64,000 bases of DNA from Spirochaetia bacterium (lineage in GTDB: Bacteria; Spirochaetota; Spirochaetia; UBA9216): assembly GCA_963675665.1 (NCBI GenBank), contig OY776510.1, forward strand, positions 3,990,019 through 4,054,018, given 5' to 3'. This document shows, piece by piece, positions 9,281 through 17,643 of the stretch. Position 1 is the first letter of the stretch, and every line of letters starts with the position of its first letter. Below the pieces are notes generated by a model. The model was not told where the DNA came from. It searched no databases and saw nothing but the letters and a program-made list of their open reading frames with translations. The position numbers were made by a program, and so were the translations under genes.

Positions 9281-10138
9281 TTATGGCTTTAACATGCCCA
9301 TTATACACACAACATCTCCAATGCCAAGCCGTTTTGCAAGCTTATCTGCGGCCTTTTTTACAGGCAGCGGGGCCGTTCCGGCGGCAAGGCCTCCCCAGGT
9401 TGCCGTTTTCAATATCCGGAATCCGTACATACTTATAAGCTTTCGCAATGTCCTGCCTGAAAAAAGGTACATGTGATCAGCAATTGCAGATCTCCACCTT
9501 TCTCCGAACAGTTTAGCCTGAAAACCGCTGATATCCGGGGTTACAACAATAAAAAGGCCTCCCGGCTTCAACAATCTGGCTGTTTCTGAAATAAAAGAAC
9601 ACGGATCAATAAGGTGTTCAATAAGATGAGAGCTGTGCACAACATCAAATGATTTATCCGGCAGGCCGGCTGTTTCGATTGTTCCGGGATATATATCAAG
9701 CTGATATTTATTTATGCCGTACATTGCTGCAGGCCGACAGACTTCTATACCTTTTACATTCCAGCCCCGGCCCCGCATATACTGCAGCAGACGTCCTGTT
9801 GCACAGCCGACATCCAGAAACGACGGCTTTTCATTGTCGCTCCTGATAAAAAAATCGGTCTCAATTTTAAAGAAACCGACGTCCTTAAGTCCAAGCTTCA
9901 TCAGCCTGAAAAAAACATCGCTGTTTTCCATTTCATAATCAAAATATTCATTATCATAACGTTTGAGAAGTTCATCTTCAACCGGCTGTGGATTCTGAAA
10001 AACAAGACCGCATTTACTGCATTTTACAAAAGGAACAGTACTGTTTTTCCAGACAGTACTGGATTTACCGGCTTTGCATAAAGCACATTCCACGTTTTTG
10101 AATTCTTGTTCAGACGGTGTTTTTGAAAAAGTCTTCAT
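9281..10138 (-). CDS. Class I SAM-dependent methyltransferase with an N-terminal CxxC...CxxC zinc ribbon
   Basis: 285 aa. CALCK...CSKCG pair, then the MTase motif I (LDVGCATGRL) and a Methyltransf_11/23-like core. Confidence 0.7.
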   Translation of the reverse strand: MKTFSKTPSEQEFKNVECALCKAGKSSTVWKNSTVPFVKCSKCGLVFQNPQPVEDELLKRYDNEYFDYEMENSDVFFRLMKLGLKDVGFFKIETDFFIRSDNEKPSFLDVGCATGRLLQYMRGRGWNVKGIEVCRPAAMYGINKYQLDIYPGTIETAGLPDKSFDVVHSSHLIEHLIDPCSFISETARLLKPGGLFIVVTPDISGFQAKLFGERWRSAIADHMYLFSGRTLRKLISMYGFRILKTATWGGLAAGTAPLPVKKAADKLAKRLGIGDVVCIMGMLKP

Positions 10139-10143
10139 GGACT

Positions 10144-11037
10144 CTACTCAATAACTGTCAACTGGAAAGTCCGGCCCGTCTCATTTCCCGAATAATCGCT
10201 GACCAGCAGTTCGAATCTTGAATCGCCCGGCACCAGCGTAGTCTCTCCAAAAGAAATGAAGCCGTTATCCGAATAAAAATCTGAATGACGAAGCTCTGTT
10301 TCAGTCTGAACTATAGAATCACCTTCTTCGGACCTGAGCGATTCGAAGTTGACATAAAAAATTTCTTCGCCGTTAAGAAAAAGATGAATCTTGAACGGCG
10401 CCATTCTGCTGTAGTATTTATCAGACATGCACGGATCATACACATCGGCAAGAATTGTTGCTTTTCCTGCCTGGATAATCGCCTTCCCGTCAACCTGAGT
10501 ATAACCGGATTCGTTTTCAACTCCGATTTCCTTAATTACAGGAGCCTTGTTGTCCACAATAGAATTTAAAAGCAGAAGAGGATTAACAAATTGCTCGAAT
10601 TCACTGTCTATAACGGAAAAGTACAAATTCGGAGAACCGGGTTCCTCATCGCTTCCGGCCGTACCGAGCACATCAGCGGTTGTTACAGTTTTCAGGCGGC
10701 TTATACCATCAGAAAGGGCCAGCCCTGAATAAAGAGTTCTAATCTTTCGGGTGTGTTCAATTACCGCGAACGGACCGAGTCCGCCTGGAAGTTCTGAATA
10801 CCGGCTTCCGCTGTCGTAGAAAATGACTTCTCCGTCTTCTGAAGGCCTTACCTCAACACCTTCTCCGAGAATTTCGATTCCGCTTCCGAAAGTGTCCCAT
10901 TTATTCTGGCCGAATGTAGAGGCAACTACCGGTTCGGTAACCGGCCAGTTAAAAGCCTGAACCAATAGAGCCGACAGGGAAAAAAACAATAATGAAAAGA
11001 CTATCGACAACCTGTATTTCAATCTTTTACCCCTCAA
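10144..11037 (-). CDS. Secreted LytM/M23-domain protein with a degenerate active site (EnvC/NlpD-like, probably non-catalytic)
   Basis: 297 aa with a signal peptide. The M23-like block is WPV..VASTFGQ ... GIEI ... GLGPFAVIEH ... TLY ... DVLGTAG ... NLYFSV ... VNP. Expected metal ligands are replaced (HxxxD -> GIEILG; HxH -> YFS). Confidence 0.5.
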   Translation of the reverse strand: MRGKRLKYRLSIVFSLLFFSLSALLVQAFNWPVTEPVVASTFGQNKWDTFGSGIEILGEGVEVRPSEDGEVIFYDSGSRYSELPGGLGPFAVIEHTRKIRTLYSGLALSDGISRLKTVTTADVLGTAGSDEEPGSPNLYFSVIDSEFEQFVNPLLLLNSIVDNKAPVIKEIGVENESGYTQVDGKAIIQAGKATILADVYDPCMSDKYYSRMAPFKIHLFLNGEEIFYVNFESLRSEEGDSIVQTETELRHSDFYSDNGFISFGETTLVPGDSRFELLVSDYSGNETGRTFQLTVIE

Positions 11038-12073
11038 TCAAATCATACCTGACGATAATGTTGCCGGAACCTGCAAAAAAACATTTATCGCATGGATAAA
11101 AATATAATTCTCCGGGAGGAAAAGGAAAGTCGGCAATCCTGCCTATATCAGATCTGTATACTTTCAGCAGTCCCTGCTCTTCTCCTTCCGAGACAAGATA
11201 GGATATTTTTTTAACACTCGGAAATACAGCTTTTCTGACCGTGCCTGCAATCTGAACTTCTTTTCTGAGGAAAGTGGCTGTACTGTATAAATCAATTCCA
11301 TCAGGATTTTCAACATAAAGAAGTTTTCCGTCATTGCTGTAATCCAGCAGAAGATTTCTTCTGTATTCATTCTTCATGTTCATTCTGAAAACAGGTATAT
11401 ACACTTCATTCCGCAACTCAAAACATACAAGCTGTTGGGGATACAATCCGGTAACCGCAGCTACCCTGTTTCCATCCTCAGTTACAGCACATGCGTACGC
11501 CACAGTATACCGGCTGTCGGTTGAGTAATATGTAAAGACCGGTTCCGGCGCACTGTCATACACCGATATACTGCCGTTGAGAAGACCCAGAACTATCACT
11601 CCTTCTCCGGCATCCATTGATGTTATCATCGAACCTGGTGAAAGCGTTAAGAGTAAATCTCCTTCGCTACTGTATTCCTTCACAATCAGCCTGTCCGGAG
11701 AAATCACAAAAAATCTGTCATCAATAAAAAACGGAAGGCCCTCAGTTTCAATGCTCCCGACAATTCTGCCTGCAACATCCTGAATTACCAGTTTATCTGA
11801 AACACTGGAATAGTTCAGAAAGATATCGTCGGAAACCGCAGCACCATAGAAAATATTCTCCGAATAAAGGATTCTTCCGTTTCCGGAAAAATAACCGATT
11901 CGGGAATCAAGCATAAAAGGAAAAGCTTCTTCGGAATAAACTGCTTCGCTGTTTTCTATCGATGAAACCCAGGACGGAAGAAATAAAATCTCCTTGGTTA
12001 ATTGCTCAGGGAAGAAAATCATATACCCGGTCAAGAGGATAAAAAACAGGATTAAAAAAAATCTTTTTTTCAT
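11027..12073 (-). CDS. Membrane-anchored hypothetical protein (N-terminal TM, beta-rich)
   Basis: 348 aa. MKKRFFLILFFILLTGYMIFF anchor. Overlaps the LytM-like gene by 11 nt. No catalytic motif recognised. Confidence 0.5.
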   Translation of the reverse strand: MKKRFFLILFFILLTGYMIFFPEQLTKEILFLPSWVSSIENSEAVYSEEAFPFMLDSRIGYFSGNGRILYSENIFYGAAVSDDIFLNYSSVSDKLVIQDVAGRIVGSIETEGLPFFIDDRFFVISPDRLIVKEYSSEGDLLLTLSPGSMITSMDAGEGVIVLGLLNGSISVYDSAPEPVFTYYSTDSRYTVAYACAVTEDGNRVAAVTGLYPQQLVCFELRNEVYIPVFRMNMKNEYRRNLLLDYSNDGKLLYVENPDGIDLYSTATFLRKEVQIAGTVRKAVFPSVKKISYLVSEGEEQGLLKVYRSDIGRIADFPFPPGELYFYPCDKCFFAGSGNIIVRYDLIEG

Positions 12074-12145
12074 AGCACTCCAGTCAATTGCATCCTATAC
12101 TATTACATATGATGCTGTCAAACGGGGCAATATAAGGAGCAAAAA

Positions 12146-12580
12146 ATGAGTAATGATAGATTTGATGCTGAACAATTATTAAAAGAAGCGGCAAAAGCTT
12201 CTGAAATGTCATATTCTCCTTATTCCAATTTCACGGTCGGAGCAGCGCTTCTCTGTACCGACGGCGATATTATTACAGCCGCCAATGTAGAAAACCGCTC
12301 ATACGGTCTGACTATCTGCGCTGAACGCAGCGCTATCGTAAAGGCTGTATCACTGGGAAAGACCGGGTTCGCGGCCCTGGCTGTTTACTGCGGTAAAGCA
12401 GACTACCCGGTTTCACCATGCGGCGCCTGCAGACAGGTTATAACAGAATTTTCGGCTCCGGACATGCCGGTTTACTTCAGCGGCAAAGATACAGGCAACA
12501 GAGTTGAAACCACCGCGGGAGAACTTCTCCCTTTTGACGCCCTTAAGGAAATGAAAGAGGGAAAGTATAGCAAAACCTGA
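12146..12580 (+). CDS. cdd: Cytidine deaminase
   Basis: 144 aa. Zinc-binding motifs CAERSAI and PCGACRQ of the homotetrameric cytidine deaminase family. Confidence 0.85.
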   Translation: MSNDRFDAEQLLKEAAKASEMSYSPYSNFTVGAALLCTDGDIITAANVENRSYGLTICAERSAIVKAVSLGKTGFAALAVYCGKADYPVSPCGACRQVITEFSAPDMPVYFSGKDTGNRVETTAGELLPFDALKEMKEGKYSKT

Positions 12581-12600
12581 CGCTTTGATTTAAATTTTAT

Positions 12601-13404
12601 TTAAGAAGAAGATTCTTTCTTTTTTGAATCCTGATCCATCTTGGATTTCCAGATATCGATTTTCTTTTTCAGCTCATTGGCTTCTTCAGGTTCGCCTACG
12701 AGCGCATTGAGTCTTCTAAGACTTCCAAGAAAATTAATCGCAAGTTTAAAATCATCTATCCTTAGGGTCGACAGCTCATATTTTTCCCTGTAGCCGTCGG
12801 CAGAAGTCTGAAGAAGCCTCTTTACAAGCTTCAGATGTGCAAACCTCTCCTGGTAGAATTCCGCACGCGGATCAAGTCCGGCCATCAAAGTTTTCAGATT
12901 CAGCAGATTTTTTGCCACTACAGCAAACCGGCCTTCTATCTCTACAAAAGACCATTTCCACTTGGTATTTTCTCCGAATGCGTCCTTTATCGACTGGATA
13001 GAGAATCCGAGCTTCCTGATTAAAGCCCATCTTTTCGCTTCGTTGACAGCAGCTATCTTTTCAAGATGATCTTCGTATTCTGAAAACGGTACATCAATTA
13101 AATTTGAAACAGTATTTTCAAGATTGATAATTGCTTTGTAACAGGTTTTTCTGGCTTCGTTAAGATATGCATCATTCTTTATCCCCAGCAATGCAACAGA
13201 AAGATTATTCATAAAAACCAGATATGAAACAATATTGAGATTTACATCAGATGCCTGAAGGTGTAACAGACCTGCTTTTTCCCTGTCGGATCTTGCTTTT
13301 GCTGCCAGACCTGCTTCCTTTTTACGCAGCTGCTCAAGTTCATCTTTGTATTCCTTTAATTTCCCAGTGTACTGTTCTTTAGCCTGCGCACTTATCTTTC
13401 CCAA
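12601..13404 (-). CDS. Hypothetical coiled-coil protein, directly downstream of recN
   Basis: 267 aa, charged and helical. 8 nt after the recN stop on the same strand. Confidence 0.5.
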   Translation of the reverse strand: MGKISAQAKEQYTGKLKEYKDELEQLRKKEAGLAAKARSDREKAGLLHLQASDVNLNIVSYLVFMNNLSVALLGIKNDAYLNEARKTCYKAIINLENTVSNLIDVPFSEYEDHLEKIAAVNEAKRWALIRKLGFSIQSIKDAFGENTKWKWSFVEIEGRFAVVAKNLLNLKTLMAGLDPRAEFYQERFAHLKLVKRLLQTSADGYREKYELSTLRIDDFKLAINFLGSLRRLNALVGEPEEANELKKKIDIWKSKMDQDSKKKESSS

Positions 13405-13411
13405 ATTCCAG

Positions 13412-15109
13412 TCAACCTCCTGCCGATTGAGCCGCTTTGGTCAGAAGCTCCTCGGCATGTTTCAACGACACATCCGCATTCGTGTCGCCGGATAACATTC
13501 TAGCAATTTCTTTAGTCCTTTCTTCGCCGGAGATACTCCGTATTTCAGTAAACGTTCTTCCTTCTTCGGAAATTTTACTTACTCTTATATGATTATCGGC
13601 ACGTACAGCTATTGACGCAAGATGTGTTATACAGAGAATTTGCTTATAACGCGACAATTTATACATATGTTCACCGACTGATACCGCAATCTCGCCTCCG
13701 ATACCCGAGTCAATTTCATCAAACACCATACAATCAACGGTATCATTTCCTGCAAGCACCGATTTGATTGCGAGCATAACCCTGGAAATCTCCCCGCCCG
13801 ATGCAATGTTGCGCAACTTTTTGGGTGGTTCGCCCTGGTTTGGAGAAATCAGAAATTCAACGAAATCAAAACCGTTAGGCCCGCATGACGGCTTGCCGTT
13901 ATCGCCGATTTTATTTTCAACAATTATCCTGAATTCCGCTTTGGGCATTCCAAGGGTTTTCAGCTGTCCCTGAATAGCCTTCTGGAGCCCATCCGCTGCA
14001 GCACGACGATTTTTGGACAATTCCGAAGCCTGCTGTAATACCAATCTTTCAAGGTTGCCGATTTTTTCTGTATATCCCGCTTTTATTTCTTCCTGGTTTT
14101 CAACACTACTTACTTTATTCCGGCTGTCTTCAAGAAAACTGAAAATTTCTTCTACTGTATCTCCATACTTCTTTCTTAGTCTCAGGAGTTCAGAAAGACG
14201 TTCTTCACAGGCTGAAAGCTTTTCCGGGCTGAAACTGAAATCGTTCTTGTATTTTTCAATGCCGTCCAGTATGTCTTCAGTTTCGTAAAATGCATTTTCA
14301 AGTCTTCCGTAAGCCTCCTCAAAAGACTGATCGATACTGCTTAACCCTTTCAGAAAACCCAATCCTTTTCGAAGACCGTTTAAAGCTCCGCCTGTAGATT
14401 CGTTCAGACTTGTGTGTACCTGTTCAAAAAGGATGAAAAGTTTTTCTGCCTGTGAAAGCAGCCTGTGCTCATTTTCCAGCTGTTCAATTTCACCGGGCTT
14501 CAGTTCGGCAGCCTCTATCTCTTTCACGGCAAACGCCGCAATATCGGCTTCTCTTAACAGATTACGTTCATCCGAAACAAGTTTCTGATATTCCTTCTTT
14601 AAAATATTAAGGTCAATAAAGTCTGTTTTGAGTTTCTCGGCCGCATTTTTTAAACCGGCAAAACTGTCGAGAAGTTTACGATGATTCTCAACAGAAAGCA
14701 GAGACTGGTGTTCATGCTGACCGTGAATATCAAACATCAGCGAAGTAAATTCTGCAATATCGTTTTTCGTTGAAGGTATTGATTGAATAAATATATTTCC
14801 GCGTCCTGATGTTTTAAGGATCCTTCTCAGTATAACCCGGCCTTCATCAGTAACGATTTCATGCTCATCAAGCCATTTAAGCGCATCCTGATTGCCGGAA
14901 ACATTTATTACTGCAGACACTTCGGTTTCATCTGCACCGGTCCGGATGACCGAAACATCACCCTTCTCGCCTAAAACAAGATTTAACGCACCGATTATTA
15001 CCGATTTTCCGGCACCGGTTTCCCCGGACAGGATATTGAAACCGCTTCCGAATTCTACAGTCAGCTTATCAGCAAGCGCATAATTTTTTATATACAGAAC
15101 TTCAATCAT
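13412..15109 (-). CDS. recN: DNA repair protein RecN
   Basis: 565 aa SMC-like protein. N-terminal Walker A (GETGAGKSVIIGAL), a long coiled coil, and a C-terminal signature/Walker B region. Confidence 0.9.
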   Translation of the reverse strand: MIEVLYIKNYALADKLTVEFGSGFNILSGETGAGKSVIIGALNLVLGEKGDVSVIRTGADETEVSAVINVSGNQDALKWLDEHEIVTDEGRVILRRILKTSGRGNIFIQSIPSTKNDIAEFTSLMFDIHGQHEHQSLLSVENHRKLLDSFAGLKNAAEKLKTDFIDLNILKKEYQKLVSDERNLLREADIAAFAVKEIEAAELKPGEIEQLENEHRLLSQAEKLFILFEQVHTSLNESTGGALNGLRKGLGFLKGLSSIDQSFEEAYGRLENAFYETEDILDGIEKYKNDFSFSPEKLSACEERLSELLRLRKKYGDTVEEIFSFLEDSRNKVSSVENQEEIKAGYTEKIGNLERLVLQQASELSKNRRAAADGLQKAIQGQLKTLGMPKAEFRIIVENKIGDNGKPSCGPNGFDFVEFLISPNQGEPPKKLRNIASGGEISRVMLAIKSVLAGNDTVDCMVFDEIDSGIGGEIAVSVGEHMYKLSRYKQILCITHLASIAVRADNHIRVSKISEEGRTFTEIRSISGEERTKEIARMLSGDTNADVSLKHAEELLTKAAQSAGG

Positions 15110-15956
15110 CCGGACCTCCGGACCACTTGAGTTTTTTTCTTAATATCTCGTAAAAATTACGTTTGTCCGAGCTGATGATTAATGCTTTTTCGGCTGCCTG
15201 CTCGAAACAGACGACATCATTCGGCTTGAGGGGAAAAACGGTTTGCCCGTCAACAGTCAGGATAACCTCGGCCCTTTGCTCAGACTCAATCGAGACCTGA
15301 ATTTTCTTGTCGGAATGAACAACAATCGGCCGGTTTGAAAGCGTAAACGGGCATATGGGGTTTAAAAGTACAGCATCCATTTCAGGCTCCAGAAGCGGTC
15401 CCCCGGCAGCAGCTGAATACGCGGTGGAACCCGTAGGTGTGGACACTATTATTCCGTCGGCCCGATACCTTCCGAGCAGGGTGGCATTCAGCTTGACTTC
15501 AAGCCGAATCATCTTGGATATTCCGTATGCTGAAATAACCGAATCGTTAAGACAATGGTATTCAGCAACCTCTTTGCCGCCACGAATAACCGAAGCCTTA
15601 AGCATAAGTCTGCGGCTTAAAGACAGCTTGCCGTCTAGATATTCCTCAAAGGTTTCACGCCATTCGTCCTTGGACACCTCGGTTATAAAACCAAAATTAC
15701 CCATATTTACGGCAAGTACCGGGACTTCAAGCTTTGCCAGAGTTCTGGCGGAGAAAAGGACTGTTCCGTCTCCACCGAGAGCAAAAGCTATATCCGCATC
15801 ATGTACCTCGGGCTCTATCGGCTCTCCACTGTAACTGAAAACAGTATAGATTATCCCCCTCGAATCGAGATAATCAGTGATTTCCCCGACAAGTTGCTCT
15901 GCTTCAGGTTTGAGCAGATTCACAATTATTACAGCCTTTTTTATATTTATTCCCAT
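15102..15956 (-). CDS. nadK: NAD kinase
   Basis: 284 aa. GGDGTVL motif. The conserved nadK-recN pair overlaps by 8 nt. Confidence 0.85.
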   Translation of the reverse strand: MGINIKKAVIIVNLLKPEAEQLVGEITDYLDSRGIIYTVFSYSGEPIEPEVHDADIAFALGGDGTVLFSARTLAKLEVPVLAVNMGNFGFITEVSKDEWRETFEEYLDGKLSLSRRLMLKASVIRGGKEVAEYHCLNDSVISAYGISKMIRLEVKLNATLLGRYRADGIIVSTPTGSTAYSAAAGGPLLEPEMDAVLLNPICPFTLSNRPIVVHSDKKIQVSIESEQRAEVILTVDGQTVFPLKPNDVVCFEQAAEKALIISSDKRNFYEILRKKLKWSGGPDD

Positions 15957-15989
15957 AATTTCAAAACCAAGCTTAACTCATTATTCAGC

Positions 15990-17012
15990 TCAAGGCAATG
16001 ACGACAATACCCTGGAAATAACAGAAATATTACTTTTACCGAGCATAGGGTATAACGGAAAGTTGACACAGCGCAACAGCAGGGTCTTGGCATTAGGGCA
16101 CTGTGTTTGCACTTCATCAGAATATGCCGCGATTGAACCGGAGAAAGCCGGCTCCGTTATGACATTTTTTTTCCTCGCGTAAGCGGCCACCTCATGTATG
16201 CCTGTTTCAAGAACAACCGGGAAACTGTAGTTTACATTTTCAGCGTCACCCTTTTGTATCAGTTTTTTATGTCGCGTTCTCATTAATGATTTTGAGAAGA
16301 TATCGGCTATCTCGCTGCGTCCATCAAGATATTCCTCAAGACTTTTAAGCTGAACAATCCCAAGTGAGGCATTCATATCAGGAAGAAATACAGTCTGATG
16401 CAGATCATCAGTCATTTGAGTCAGTTGCGCAACGTCCTTTCTTGAGGATGCAAGAACAGCGGCGCCGCCGCCTGTTGTAATAAGGCCGTCCTCATCAAGG
16501 TTCAGAACCGTAAATCTGCCGAAAGTACCGGCCTTCTTGCCGTCTGTTTCAGCGCCCAGAGCCATGGAAATATCTTCAATTATCAGGAGCCCTGTTTCCA
16601 TAATTCTCTCCATATCAGGAACAAAGCCCATTTCATAGTTAACGATTATCGCCTTCGCATCTTCCGCCGCCGATTCAACAAGTTCGATATCTATAAGCGA
16701 CGTGTCGGGATCGACATCTGCAATCAGGGGTTCAAGACCTGCTTCTTCAAGAACCATGGAGTACAGATTAGGCGCCAGTGCAGAAACTATAACGGAATCA
16801 CCCTTTTCCAGCTCAAGCCCGTCAACAGCTGCTTTCACCGCTCTGTAATACTCCTTGAATGCGATACCGCCTTTCAGTCCCAGATATTCCGAGACATCCT
16901 TGATAAATTGTGCTGCGGCTTTTCCGAAGCCTATTCGATCCGAGACCATACAGTTTAATACTGCATCCATCTCTTTCCGTTTAATTGAGGGTTTAAATAC
17001 AGATATGTTCAT
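15990..17012 (-). CDS. DegT/DnrJ/EryC1-like (aminotransferase fold) protein that appears to lack the PLP-binding lysine
   Basis: 340 aa. Fold-type I sugar-aminotransferase-like blocks are present. Where the DegT family has SFHxxKxITTxEGG, this protein reads LNLDEDGLITTGGG, with no Lys. Confidence 0.5.
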   Translation of the reverse strand: MNISVFKPSIKRKEMDAVLNCMVSDRIGFGKAAAQFIKDVSEYLGLKGGIAFKEYYRAVKAAVDGLELEKGDSVIVSALAPNLYSMVLEEAGLEPLIADVDPDTSLIDIELVESAAEDAKAIIVNYEMGFVPDMERIMETGLLIIEDISMALGAETDGKKAGTFGRFTVLNLDEDGLITTGGGAAVLASSRKDVAQLTQMTDDLHQTVFLPDMNASLGIVQLKSLEEYLDGRSEIADIFSKSLMRTRHKKLIQKGDAENVNYSFPVVLETGIHEVAAYARKKNVITEPAFSGSIAAYSDEVQTQCPNAKTLLLRCVNFPLYPMLGKSNISVISRVLSSLP

Positions 17013-17031
17013 TTATTTAGTATCCTGATGA

Positions 17032-17547
17032 TTAATTGAAATCTCCGAGAGCCTGTAACTCTTTTGGATCAAAAAGCCTGCTTATATCAAGAATAATCAG
17101 GTATCCGTCGTTTTCTTTAACTACACCCTGAATATACTCCGTGCCGATACCCGATATCATCTGCGGCGGAGGCTGGATTTCAGATTGCTCTATAGTCATT
17201 ACCCTGGAAACTTTATCGATGTAGACACCGATAAACCTGTCATTAATTTTGATAATCATAAAACCGCTGAGCATCTGATCTTCTTCGCTCAAATCAGCCT
17301 TGCGCAGATGAAACCGCTTATGCAGGCTGATAATAGGGATTATATTCCCTCTGAGATTGAAAATACCCTCGACGTATGCAGGAGCGTTCGGGATTGTTCT
17401 GATTTCCCTGACCTTCTGAATCTCCTTAACATTCATTATATCTATACCGTACAGCTCTTCACCCAGTTGAAATGTAACCAGTTGAAGTTGTTCATCATGG
17501 TCTGCCATGCCGCCTCCTGTCTGATAAATAACTCTATTATAATACAA
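17032..17547 (-). CDS. cheW: Chemotaxis coupling protein CheW
   Basis: 171 aa. CheW domain (LVTFQLGEELYGIDIMNVKEI ... EGIFNLRGNIIPIISL). Confidence 0.85.
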   Translation of the reverse strand: MYYNRVIYQTGGGMADHDEQLQLVTFQLGEELYGIDIMNVKEIQKVREIRTIPNAPAYVEGIFNLRGNIIPIISLHKRFHLRKADLSEEDQMLSGFMIIKINDRFIGVYIDKVSRVMTIEQSEIQPPPQMISGIGTEYIQGVVKENDGYLIILDISRLFDPKELQALGDFN

Positions 17548-17643
17548 TATTATCGAAAAACATCAATGATATAATTCTACTAATCTTGCTTCTCGATTGC
17601 AACTGAAAAAGCTGATTACCGCCTTGGTAAACGTGGATAAACG

